64,000 nt of DNA from the sequence record MZ574432.2; one strand, written 5' to 3'. Below are positions 39,276-49,574 of this stretch, piece after piece. The notes under the pieces are model-generated. The model was not told where the DNA came from and made no database searches. It saw nothing but the letters and a program-made list of their open reading frames with translations. Position 1 is the stretch's first letter, and each line of letters opens with the position of its first letter. The position numbers and the translations under genes are program-made.

Positions 39276-39658
39276 GTACCTTCACCTATCTGGGCATCCC
39301 CTACACCTCCAAGAACCCCGACCCGGTCGCGGCCGAAGCCGAACGCGCCGCGCGCATGGTCGCGTTCTGGAAGGGCTGCGCGTTCCTGATCGAGCGGGGC
39401 GACAATGTCGTCTCGCCCATGACCCTGGAGCCGGCCCTGACGGTCGTGCCCGACATCCCCTACGATTGGCCGTTCTGGCAGCACTATTCTCGCCGGATGC
39501 TGGCCACCTGCACACGTCTGGTGGTGATGACGCTGCCGGGCTGGGAAGTCTCCTCGGGCATTGCCGGTGAGATCGAGGAAGCCGAACGCCTGGGCCTGGA
39601 GATCGAGTATCTGGCGCCCGAAGCTGTGGACGCCTGGGTCGCCGGGCGGCAGGCTTAG
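39272..39658 (+). CDS. DUF1937 family protein (nucleoside deoxyribosyltransferase-like fold)
   Basis: YLGIPY, VVSP, LPGWEVSSG...EIEEAERLG. Confidence 0.75.
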   Translation: MSTFTYLGIPYTSKNPDPVAAEAERAARMVAFWKGCAFLIERGDNVVSPMTLEPALTVVPDIPYDWPFWQHYSRRMLATCTRLVVMTLPGWEVSSGIAGEIEEAERLGLEIEYLAPEAVDAWVAGRQA

Positions 39659-39721
39659 TTTCCCCTTGCGCCGTGTCGCCGATGGTGTACTGATGACGCC
39701 AACAGTGACACGGGGTCGTAG

Positions 39722-41159
39722 ATGCAAGATTCGGTCAAGGACGATCCGTTCGGCGACGACCACGGCTTCCTCATGTATGTGGACGCCCACTGCCGCACGC
39801 CGCGCTGCCTCTTCCACATCGACCATATCGAGCGCTTCGCCAAGCTGGCCGGCGGGGAGATCAATCGCGCGGACTGGCGCGGGGAATGGTTTTCGATGGA
39901 CCAGGAGTTCTGCGAGCCGTTCCTGAAGCGCGCCTTCGCGCGCCTGTCGGTAGCGGAGCCGGCCTGATGGCGTTCGGGACCCTTGAGGGCGAGCGCTGTT
40001 GGCGGAACGGATGCGACGGCGTGATCGAGGCGCCGGCGGCCGAAAACTGCACCTGCTTCCAACGCCCGCCCTGCAACGCCTGCGTCACCCCGCGAGAGGT
40101 CTGTCTGACCTGCGGGTGGATCGCCGCCGAGGAGGGCGAGCCGCTCAATGGCTTCCTGGTCCACTACAACGAGGACCGCACGGTCCTCACCGACTGCAAG
40201 CCCAGGCCGCTGGACCCGCGCAAGATCGATTGGCGCTCGCGGTCTCACTCCAATGCCTCCATGATCAAGGAGGGTGTCTTCCCGCCCGGCCTCTCGCGAG
40301 AGGACGTCGAAAAAGCCGTCGCGGGAACCTTCGGCGGCCGGTTTGTCCATTTCGATCCCGTGGCCGGCGCCTTCAAGTACATCGCCTACACCGATTAAGA
40401 GACCCATGACCCACCGTGACGCCACGCCCGCCGACTTCGAGGGCAAGAAGATCATCCTGGCCGAAGTCGACGCCATCAACGTCTGGCGGCTGCACTTCGA
40501 CGACGGGACTAACGTCACCGTCGAACTCACCTATTTTGGTCCGCTGCTAGGTTACGGCATGGCGGTATGCGAGTGCGATCAACCCGTCCCGGAGCTAGTG
40601 CCTTGACCCCGGAAAGCATCGATCATCCCACGCGAGGCCCGCTGACCCGGATCGGCTTCTACGTCTATGGCGGGGAGGTGGACGATCCCAGCCTGCCTCT
40701 GCCCGACGATGGCTCGCAGGTGACGCCGGCGCTCTTTCGCGCCCAGACCTTCGTGGTGATCGGCGGCTATACCTCCTACAAGGGGGCCTACGACGCCTGG
40801 AAGGCCAAGGCCTGGGCGACGGTCGACAATGCCCACGCCCGTTACCGGATCGCCGAAGTCTACGCCGAGGACCTTCCGCCGCTGCGGTCCGATCAAGGGC
40901 TTCTGCCGGGCACGATCAGCAACAAGATCGTCAGTCTCGCCTACCAGATGGGAGGCCGGTCCTGATGGACGTCAATCTCATCGAAATCTCGCTCGACATG
41001 ACCGTGCGCGAGCTTCTGCTACAAGCCCGCCGCGCGCTGGACGAGTCGGGCGCGTCCGACGACATCATCGGTGACGTCGACGCGGCCCTGAAGGCCGGCA
41101 CTGTCCGCCTAACGGCGGCCGAAGTCGACGCCCTCGCCACCCTGCAAATTCTCATCTGA
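39722..41159 (+). other. run of small hypothetical CDSs (39722-39967, 39967-40398, 40406-40606, 40603-40965, 40965-41159)
   Basis: Contiguous coupled ORFs; 39967-40398 is Cys-rich. Confidence 0.65.
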
Positions 41160-41171
41160 GAGAGCTAGACC

Positions 41172-41969
41172 ATGATCCAGTCCATCCAACTCGCTGATGT
41201 CGATCGCCTCGAAAAGCTTGTCGAGATGATGCGCAACGGCAACAAGATTCCGTTCGTCACCGAATCGGCCATCGCCCTGGCGCGCAAGATCGCACCGACC
41301 GAGATCGTCAACACCATCTTCACCGATCCCGACCGCGCCCTCGCCGCCGGCTACAACCTGCTGCCGGGCGCGACGATCGTCATCGACGGCAAGAAGGGCT
41401 TCTTGGGCATCGGCGCCGAGACCAACGTCGAACTGGTCCACGAAGGACACACCTACCGGACGACCCTGAAGTCGCGTGACCACGCCGTGGCCATCTGGTC
41501 GGCGGTCCTGCGCGCGCTGCGCGTCGCCGTCATCCGCTCGATGGAGCAGGAAGAACCCCAGGCGCCCGTAAAGCCGCCGCCGGCCAAGAAGCCGCGTGCG
41601 GCGAAGGCCCCCAAGGCCGAGGCCCCGGCGGCGGAAACCGCCGAACCCGCGCCGGCCCTGGAAGCCGATAAGCCCGCCAAGCGCACCCGCAAGGACGCCC
41701 AGAGAAAAAAGCCCTCACCCGCCGCCGAAAGCGGCGGAGATACGGCGACCTCTTCTAACGAAGGTCTCGTGGGCGCGGTCGACGATCAAAAGCCGAACAC
41801 CAAGCGCGTCGTCGGCGAAGGTAAGACGGCCAAGGCGCCCAAGGAACGCTCCTCGTCTGGCTCGCTGCGTCCGGTCGGCTTCAAGCCCCAGGCGGTCGGT
41901 CGAGACGCCTCCACGACCTCGGGACCGAAGGCGCCGCGCCTGTCGGCCAAGGACCTCTCGCGTCGCTGA
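41172..41969 (+). CDS. hypothetical protein with P/A/K-rich low-complexity C-terminus
   Basis: KPPPAKKPRAAKAPKAEAPAA... Confidence 0.75.
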   Translation: MIQSIQLADVDRLEKLVEMMRNGNKIPFVTESAIALARKIAPTEIVNTIFTDPDRALAAGYNLLPGATIVIDGKKGFLGIGAETNVELVHEGHTYRTTLKSRDHAVAIWSAVLRALRVAVIRSMEQEEPQAPVKPPPAKKPRAAKAPKAEAPAAETAEPAPALEADKPAKRTRKDAQRKKPSPAAESGGDTATSSNEGLVGAVDDQKPNTKRVVGEGKTAKAPKERSSSGSLRPVGFKPQAVGRDASTTSGPKAPRLSAKDLSRR

Positions 41970-41975
41970 TCGCCC

Positions 41976-42443
41976 ATGACCTGTATCGTCTACCGCGACG
42001 GCGTCTTGGCTTGCGATAGCTGGGTGCTCGACATCTGGACCAAGATTGGCCAGTTCCCCAAGATCGCAAAGCGCGAGACCAGGGACGGCGCGATCCTGTT
42101 CGCCGCGTCGGGCAACTCTGGCCACTGCAAGACCTTCCTCGACTGGGGCCGTGGCGATGGTTTCGCCGACTGGGTCAGCGGGCAGTACGAGCCCCCGAGC
42201 CTGGGCGAAGGCGATAACACCGCCACGGGGATGGTTTTCATGCCTGATGGGAGTTGCGTGCGCTTCGATGCGGGTTTGCCTCCCTACGCGCTCCAGGGGC
42301 CGTTCTTTGCCATTGGCTCGGGGTCGTGGGTGGCGCTTGGCGCGCTTGAAGCGGGCGCGACCGCTGAGCAGGCCGTCGAGGCGGCGATCAAATGGGACGT
42401 TGGCACCAACGGCCCGGTAAGGAGCCTGAGACACCGTGATTAG
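41976..42443 (+). CDS. Ntn-hydrolase (HslV/proteasome-beta-like) peptidase
   Basis: MTCIVYRDGVLACDS with Thr2 as candidate nucleophile; AIGSG..ALGAL..GA.AEQAV..A...D. Confidence 0.7.
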   Translation: MTCIVYRDGVLACDSWVLDIWTKIGQFPKIAKRETRDGAILFAASGNSGHCKTFLDWGRGDGFADWVSGQYEPPSLGEGDNTATGMVFMPDGSCVRFDAGLPPYALQGPFFAIGSGSWVALGALEAGATAEQAVEAAIKWDVGTNGPVRSLRHRD

Positions 42444-42731
42444 CCTGACTATCACCGAGACCATCACCCGCCAGTACGTGCTCGAAGACATCCCGGAGAA
42501 CTGGGCCATCATCGAGAAACTGCGCGAGGACATGCTGGGCGCCGGAAAGCCCCAGCTTCAAATCCTGGGCCTGACCCCGGCGCCGAAGGTCTCGTTGCCG
42601 CCGGTGCTGGAAGGCCAGGAAAAGGCTTCTCTCAAGGAGGTCACCGAATACTCGCTGACCACGCGCCGCCGCTACAACGGCGCAGCCTTCCGCGAGCACG
42701 GAACCCACGGCCACGTCAATCGAGACACCCT

Positions 42732-43241
42732 GTGACCGACGAAGAAATCCAGAACCTGCCGCGTCTGGAGCCCAACTACGGCGGGACCTTCCTGCTGCTC
42801 AACCACGAGCGGTTCATCCTGGCGCGTGGCGTCCCCGACTTCCAGTTGGGCGACTACATGAAGAAGAACGCCAGCGAGCAGCAACAGGTGAGGGTCTACA
42901 AGGAGGTCTATGTCGACTGCGCCCATTGCCGGCGCGCGCGCGACATGGTCGCCAAGGCCTACCCCAACCTCGTGCGCAAGACGATCATCGAGCGGCTGCG
43001 CGAGCGCAAGGATCGCGAGACCTACTGGTGCAACACCTGCCAAGCCACGGGCTGGGTTCTGGAGCCGACGGCCGACGTGGTGGCGCGCCACGACATCATG
43101 ACCTGGGAACGCAAGGTCGCCCTGCTCACCGACGCTGAACTGAAGGAAGCGATCCTGACGTCGAGCGATCTGAACTTCCGGCTGTATGGGCGCGGCTATC
43201 CGCCCAATGTCCTGGCCGCCGAGGCCGCCAAGCGCCTCTAG
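42732..43241 (+). CDS. hypothetical protein with CxxC motifs
   Basis: CAHC, CNTC. Confidence 0.7.
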   Translation: MTDEEIQNLPRLEPNYGGTFLLLNHERFILARGVPDFQLGDYMKKNASEQQQVRVYKEVYVDCAHCRRARDMVAKAYPNLVRKTIIERLRERKDRETYWCNTCQATGWVLEPTADVVARHDIMTWERKVALLTDAELKEAILTSSDLNFRLYGRGYPPNVLAAEAAKRL

Positions 43242-43441
43242 GAGATCATCATGCTGCCGCAGTTCTGCACGATCTACTATCACCTCGACGGCGCCGTCAC
43301 CCGCGTGCCCAACCAGGACACCGGCATTGCCGCGTCCGCTGAGCAGAGCGGTGAGGCCGAGTTCGACGGCGGCATCTACCGCGCCGACGTCTACTGGGAC
43401 ACCCACGGCCGCGTCGACATCTACCTGACGGAGCGCTGAAG

Positions 43442-43840
43442 TTGACCAACGTCCTCTGGCTGATGCTGCTTCTCCAGATCAAGCACTTCGTGTTCGACTG
43501 GGTCTACCAGCCGCCCTACATGTGGAAGAACAAGGGCACCTTCGGGCATTGGGGCGGTATCGTCCACTCGGGCCTGCACGCCGCCTGGACTGCCCTGATC
43601 CTGGCCTTGTTTGGCGGGGTGGTCCTGCCTCCAGACGCGGCCATGAAGGTGATCCCGTGGATCGCCTTGGGGGAGTTCATCGCCCACTATCTGATCGACT
43701 GGGCCAAGATGAACATCAACAGGAAGATGGGCTGGACGGCCACGACCCATCATGCCTTCTGGGTTCTGACGGGCTTCGACCAGCTTCTCCATCAACTCAC
43801 CTATCTGGCGATCATCGCCTACTGGGTCACGTACTGGTAA
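43442..43840 (+). CDS. DUF3307 family membrane protein
   Basis: KHFVFDWVYQ...NK, HSGLH, HYLIDWAK, GFDQLLH. Confidence 0.85.
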   Translation: MTNVLWLMLLLQIKHFVFDWVYQPPYMWKNKGTFGHWGGIVHSGLHAAWTALILALFGGVVLPPDAAMKVIPWIALGEFIAHYLIDWAKMNINRKMGWTATTHHAFWVLTGFDQLLHQLTYLAIIAYWVTYW

Positions 43841-43844
43841 TCCG

Positions 43845-44573
43845 ATGGCCGATCACTTCTCGCCGATCTTGTTTTGGAAGGCCGATTACGACGGCTGGAT
43901 GACCCCCAAGTCCGAGGGCGGCATTGGTCCTGAAAACGCCCGCGAGGTGCTTGGGATCGAGGTCTATCACCACTATGGGGTGACGACGCACGAGGTGGTC
44001 GCCGGGACGGCGGCCGGCGAAGTGGTCTACAACCTGACCCGCACCCTGTGGCATGCCCCGCGCCCCGATGGCGGCGGCTTGCATGACGATGACCACACCT
44101 GGGAGGCCGACGAAACCCGATCGCCGGGCGGGCGTTCCAGGATGCAAATTTACAAGAACGAGAACTCCTCGCTCTGGGCCTTCAACCCCTACCGAATACA
44201 GGATGGCCCAGGCGCGCGCTGGTTTCACGAGGAGTATCGCGTCACCACGATCGGCGAACTTCTGGCCGAGGCCGCCGACTGCGAGCGCCATATCCTGGAG
44301 CACGGCGCCGAACTGGTCCAATGCCGCGACACCGTGCGCGGGCGCAAGCGGGTCAAGGACCTCAAGAGCCTGATCGAGAACCGCGAGTGGCTGCGCAAGA
44401 TGATCCTCAAGCGCTGGCCCCAGACCGCCGCCTATCTCGACACGCCCCTGATCGCGCCGATGCACCTACCGGCCGATCGCCTGGACGTCACCAAGTTCTC
44501 CGCCCAGCGGCTGGAGAGCTATCCCATCGTCAAAGCCCTCCTGGGAGATCACCCGTGCTCGTCTGGGTCCTGA
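43845..44573 (+). CDS. hypothetical protein
   Basis: ORF in chain. Confidence 0.7.
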   Translation: MADHFSPILFWKADYDGWMTPKSEGGIGPENAREVLGIEVYHHYGVTTHEVVAGTAAGEVVYNLTRTLWHAPRPDGGGLHDDDHTWEADETRSPGGRSRMQIYKNENSSLWAFNPYRIQDGPGARWFHEEYRVTTIGELLAEAADCERHILEHGAELVQCRDTVRGRKRVKDLKSLIENREWLRKMILKRWPQTAAYLDTPLIAPMHLPADRLDVTKFSAQRLESYPIVKALLGDHPCSSGS

Positions 44574-44754
44574 CCATCACCATCTTCTACGGCAATAACG
44601 CGGGCGTCAGCGTCCACCAGTCCGTCGTCGACAACATCGCCTCGGCCGAAAGCTGCAAGCAGCTTGCCAAGGTCCACACCTGGAACAACTCCAACCAGTA
44701 CCGGACGCTGAACTCGATCGCCGTCTGCGCGCCGGTCCGAAAGGCCAAGGTCTG

Positions 44755-45207
44755 ATGCGCTACTATCTCGATTGCGAATTCGATGGGCACGGCGGTACGC
44801 TGCTGTCCATGGCGCTCTATCGCAAGGACTTCCGCTCCCTCTACATGGTCCGCGACGACGCCGAGCAGATCGCCAACAACGCCTGGGTCTGCGAGCACGT
44901 CCTGCCGGTCCTGCGCAAGTCGCCCCCGAACATCGCCATCCACACCATTCCGATCGCCGAGTTCGGTCCGACGCTGGCGGAATTCTTCAAGGGCGAGCAG
45001 CCCTACATCGTCGCCGACTGGCCCGCCGACATCATCCACTTCTGCCAGCAGTTGATGATCCAGCCCGACAAGATGGCGGCGGTCCCCAACTTCGTCACCC
45101 AGGTCATCCGCATCCCCGACGCCTACGCCGACACGCCCTTCAAGAGCGCCGTGCGGCACAATGCCATGTGGGACGCGATCGTCCTCTGCGACGCCATCGA
45201 GCCTTGA
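44755..45207 (+). CDS. DEDDh 3'-5' exoribonuclease (Rv2179c-like)
   Basis: YYLDCEF, ADWPADIIHF, HNAMWDA. Confidence 0.8.
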   Translation: MRYYLDCEFDGHGGTLLSMALYRKDFRSLYMVRDDAEQIANNAWVCEHVLPVLRKSPPNIAIHTIPIAEFGPTLAEFFKGEQPYIVADWPADIIHFCQQLMIQPDKMAAVPNFVTQVIRIPDAYADTPFKSAVRHNAMWDAIVLCDAIEP

Positions 45208-45283
45208 GTCACGAAGCCGACATAAGGTCAATACCCAGAAAGCTTGAGATCATTGTTAACGGCGCCTTGACGCGATCCACGTC

Positions 45284-45649
45284 ATGAGGAACAAAGGCGT
45301 ACCCTGTTATTTGAGGTGTCCTGTGACTGCCCGCCCGCCGTGGATTGAATACCCGACGCATGATGGCGTGCAGGAGCGCTTGCGCTACTATGCCGACCCT
45401 CATGGCATCTGCCTGCATTTCGAGCTTCACGACGTCCAGTTTGGCTATCCGCTGATCGACGGCGAGGCCCGCATCCGGGGGCACGTCAAATGGGACGGCA
45501 CCCTCAACTGGGAAACCCACAAGAACCTTATGTGCCAGTTCATCGGTCCGGGAGACTCGATGCGGCTGCACCAATGGTTCCTGACCCTCTGGCGCCTGGG
45601 ACGGGATAACCTATCGCAATGGGACGCCGACATGGATGACCTGCTGTGA
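45284..45649 (+). CDS. hypothetical protein
   Basis: ORF after TTGACG at 45267; true start probably downstream of 45284. Confidence 0.55.
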   Translation: MRNKGVPCYLRCPVTARPPWIEYPTHDGVQERLRYYADPHGICLHFELHDVQFGYPLIDGEARIRGHVKWDGTLNWETHKNLMCQFIGPGDSMRLHQWFLTLWRLGRDNLSQWDADMDDLL

Positions 45650-46203
45650 GCCCCGTGGACATCGAATTCACCCAGCGCTGGTGGCGGCGCAAGGTTGCTG
45701 ACGAGGCCGCCTTGCTGGCCTTCCTGATCAAGCTCCACCGCACCGAGTGGGAGGGCATGGTCGACAACAACGAGGCGGCCGTTCGCTGGGCCAAGGGCGA
45801 CAACGTCGCCAGCAACATCTTCCTGCAAACCGGCTACGACGAGGCGCGCCATGCCGATCTACTGGTTCCGCTGATCGAGGCCCGAGGCGGCTCTGTCGGC
45901 ATTGGTCAGAACCCGCCGCCCTCCCTCTACTGGGAGGAGATGGACAAGGTCATCACCAGCCTGGAGACCTGCGCGGCCGTTCTGCACGTCGGCGAGCAAC
46001 TGGCGGCCGATCGCTTTTCGGTCATGCTCGACATGCCCGAAACGCCGCAGGACATCCGGGGCTTCCTGGAGGAGGCCCTGCCCGACGAACGCCACCATGC
46101 TCGCGTCTTTGGCAAGCTGGCCGGCGAGGAGGCGATCGCCCTGGTCAGAGACCACCACGCCGCGACCGTGCGCCGGCTGATGGGCCTGCAAGGGGTCGAA
46201 TGA
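45646..46203 (+). CDS. ferritin-like (di-iron four-helix bundle) protein
   Basis: Two ExxH motifs (DEARH, DERHH) with preceding Glu residues. Confidence 0.75.
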   Translation: MSPVDIEFTQRWWRRKVADEAALLAFLIKLHRTEWEGMVDNNEAAVRWAKGDNVASNIFLQTGYDEARHADLLVPLIEARGGSVGIGQNPPPSLYWEEMDKVITSLETCAAVLHVGEQLAADRFSVMLDMPETPQDIRGFLEEALPDERHHARVFGKLAGEEAIALVRDHHAATVRRLMGLQGVE

Positions 46204-47330
46204 TGCAGTGGTGGACGGAGAGGCGCCCATGAACCAACTCTACCTGTGGAAGATGGGGGAAGCTCCCGAGCCGCCTCCGGGGTTCGTCCTGCTCGACCTC
46301 CACCCCGCTTTCGACCCGTGGGTGCTTCTGGAGCGCACCAAAGGCGCGCCGGTGCCTGAAGACCTGATCCCCCTGGCTCAGGTCCATCATGCCCTGAACG
46401 CGGTGCTCCACAGCGTCAACAAGGGCTCGTGGATGCGCTGGTTCGGTGGCCCCATGCCCGTGGCGCCGGGCGTGCTGGTCGACGTCGAACACCGCGATGG
46501 GCGAACCTACTTCCGGCAGTTTGCTGGCTCGGAGGAAGGCGCCGCCTGCGAGTGGGAGCATGGTGATGGCGGGGACGCTCCCACCGATCCCGCTGACATC
46601 ATCGCCTACCGTCGGAGCCCGCCGCGTGGACAAATTTAGGACGCCTGCGGACTTCAAGGACCTCGTCCTCAAGACCGCCCATCTCCTGGCCCAACAGCGC
46701 CTCGACGAATGGGCCAAGATCGCGCCACGGCTCACGGCCAGGGTGCATCGGCACAAGATCGTTTTCGAGGTTGGCGCCGCCCAGGTCACCATCGATTGCG
46801 ACGCCCAGGTCATGACGCCACCCACGGCCCTGGCCGTCGCGGTGCTCAAGGACATTGATCTGCACTGGAGACACGCCATCCGCAGCCGGCCCGCCGCATG
46901 AGCAAGCGAACCTGCGTCAACCCCGCCTGTCGCACCCGTTTCAATCCCGACCACCGGGGACACTTCTGGTGTCAGCAGATGTGCCGCCAATCGCACTTCA
47001 AGGCCGAGACTGGCAAGCACCTCTCGGGCGCTTTTGGGTTCGGGACTGATCCCAACCTCGTTCGAGGCTTCGACGAGAAGTGGATCAGGAACTTCGGCCG
47101 GGTCAAGCCCATGAAAAAGAAAGTAAAAGCGTGAGTATCACCGTCACCACCACGACGATTTCCTACCGCTATTTCGCCCGCAAGACCCGCGACTGGCTGG
47201 CCAACCACATCCAGACCCTGCACGACATGCTGGATCAGCCCAGGCCGGACCACAACGCGCTCATGGCCAAGGACAAGGCGACCCTGGTCCGCGAGGCCAT
47301 GAACCTTCACGCCAAGCTCCCGGACGACGA

Positions 47331-48281
47331 ATGAAAGACCTCTGCGACGAGTTCTGCCAGCGTTATGGGGTACAGCTTCTTGACGAGATCGTCGCGGCGG
47401 CGACCGACGGCGTTCACTATCCCCACATCTGGGTCGAGAAGGTCGAAAAGCACAACAGCCTCAACTACACCTACACCGGACGGGCGATCATCGCTTACGC
47501 CACCTGGGTGACGTTCGTCATTGAGAACGGTGATAGCAACGGCACCTGGATGTCCGATTACGATGAGCGGACCATGGCGCGCGTTTTCGACATGATGCTG
47601 GCGCCGGCGTCCACGCCTGTCGAGCAGTTGTCGATCGACCTCAATCACTACCTGTCCTTGACCCTACGCGACAAGGGCGACCTGCGCGGCGTCTTCCGTC
47701 AGACCGAGAAGGCGTTTGGAGCCAAGCTCCTGCATAGCCGCGAGGAGATGAAGGCCTTCGAGGACTTCGCTGCGGCTCGCCGGCTGATCTGTGCCATCAA
47801 TACCTCCTCGACCATCGCCAAGAAGGTCTCCGAGGAAGACCTGACGACGGCGCGCATCGCCTATCTGCAAGCGGCCGACAAGTGGTTCCAGGCTCTGCGC
47901 CGCAAGCTGCCCCCGCGCCGGGCCAAGGATGAACTGCGCCTGAAGGCCAGCGCTTTCTTCTTGCTGCTCGGCGAGCACTTCTTCGGCGAAGGTCGCTGCA
48001 ACGCCGCTGCCCTGGCCAAGCGGGCTGGACGTCTGTGGGCCGAGAAGCAGTACGTCCTGGTCTCCGACACGATCCCGTCGAAAAACGACTTCCAGACCCA
48101 TCGCATCCCAGCCCGCGATCTGGCGCGCCTCTATCAAGTTCCGCTTGCGCTGTGTCACATCTGGCGTCATGATGAGGCTGAAAGTGTCAAGGCCCGCCTG
48201 CGAAAGCAGTGGGAGAACTTGATCTGGCTTTATCCAGACTACTCGGGAACCTACGAGATTGAACCGACCCAACCCGGATAG
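47331..48281 (+). CDS. hypothetical protein
   Basis: ATGA overlap. Confidence 0.7.
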   Translation: MKDLCDEFCQRYGVQLLDEIVAAATDGVHYPHIWVEKVEKHNSLNYTYTGRAIIAYATWVTFVIENGDSNGTWMSDYDERTMARVFDMMLAPASTPVEQLSIDLNHYLSLTLRDKGDLRGVFRQTEKAFGAKLLHSREEMKAFEDFAAARRLICAINTSSTIAKKVSEEDLTTARIAYLQAADKWFQALRRKLPPRRAKDELRLKASAFFLLLGEHFFGEGRCNAAALAKRAGRLWAEKQYVLVSDTIPSKNDFQTHRIPARDLARLYQVPLALCHIWRHDEAESVKARLRKQWENLIWLYPDYSGTYEIEPTQPG

Positions 48282-48534
48282 GCGCTCCTTCCTGGCCCTG
48301 CTGGGCATCGCCGGCGGGGCGTTTGGCGTAGGCCTGGGCGGCGGCGCTGTCGCCCTGGCTCCGAAAGCCGCGCCGGCTGCGCTGCCCGCCGTGACAGGCG
48401 TCGCCGACTGCGTGCTGATGTCCGACGGCGAGGCCATGCGGTGGGAAAAGCTCTACAAGGCGGGCTACATCAGCCACGCTGAAATCTGCCGTCAACTCGG
48501 CTACCCGCCGCTCGATATGTTGGAGCACCTGTGA
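48259..48534 (+). CDS. small protein with twin-arginine (Tat) signal peptide
   Basis: DRRSFLALLGIAGGAFGVGLGGGAVALA. Confidence 0.65.
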   Translation: MNRPNPDRRSFLALLGIAGGAFGVGLGGGAVALAPKAAPAALPAVTGVADCVLMSDGEAMRWEKLYKAGYISHAEICRQLGYPPLDMLEHL

Positions 48535-48925
48535 TCAAAGACCCTCACCTGCTGCGCGACGGGGACATCATCACGCTCAAGGGCGTCTATGAGGCCAATG
48601 GCGGTGTCCCTCGCGTCAACCTGGGTTGCCAGCAGATCGATCTGGACAATTCGGTCAAAGAGATCGCCGTGGATGTCACCCACATTTTCCATCCCGGCGA
48701 CGAGGTTCGAACGCCCGAGGGCAAGGGCATTGTCGCCCAGGGTCTGAACCGCAGAGGCCATCTTCTCCCCGAAAATGAGCCGGCCTTCGCCTATCTCGTC
48801 GACATCCAGAGAGACCCCTATCGGGAACTGGGCAGCACGCCCGCCTTTGAGGGCCTCACCATCCTTTCGCCCGGCAAGTTGACGCTGCTCAACCGCGCCT
48901 TGAAACTCGACCTGGACATCGACTG

Positions 48926-49165
48926 ATGAAACGCCTTCTCGCCCTGGCCGCCGCCAGCCTTCTGCTGGCCGGCTGCACCCTGAGAGAGGACCGCGCCGAG
49001 GCGCAGTCCAAAGCCCTGAATCAGTCGAGCTATGGCCGCGACGGACGCACAGGCCTGTGCTTCAACACCACCTTCATCATCGTCAACGGCAACTACCAGT
49101 TCTCGCACACCAACGTGCCCTGTACGCCCGAGGTGGTGGCCCAGATCAGAAAGCCCGAGCAGTGA
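48926..49165 (+). CDS. putative lipoprotein
   Basis: MKRLLALAAASLLLAGC lipobox. Confidence 0.8.
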   Translation: MKRLLALAAASLLLAGCTLREDRAEAQSKALNQSSYGRDGRTGLCFNTTFIIVNGNYQFSHTNVPCTPEVVAQIRKPEQ

Positions 49166-49574
49166 ACAACGACCACTATCTCGACAAGCCGATCATGCGC
49201 TCGTTCAGCGTGCGCGCCGGCCCGCTCTATGTGGTGGTCTACGAGATCGAGGCCCATGAAGGCCCCGAGATTCAGCTTCACTACTATGTCGACGATGTCC
49301 TGATGGCGCTGCTGCCCGAGCGAGCCATCAAGCTGCTCAGGTTGAACCGCGACGGCATCAGCCAGTACCTGAAGGCCGAGGACGACGCCTTCAGCGTCCT
49401 CTACGACGAGGACGAAGGTACGGTGATGCGCCTGCGTCGGCGGCCCGGTGGCGCCGGCCCCGTGCTGCGTCTGGAGCATTACGGCATGACGATCGCCAAT
49501 CTGACCGCTGGCCCCGCCGAGGTCGACGTGATCCTCCAGGCCTATGGCCGGTATCTCGCGAACAAGGAAAAACC

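Noticed and set aside
41550-41969. Histone-like or repeat protein
   Set aside because: P/A/K-rich low complexity without regular periodic units; most likely a disordered tail
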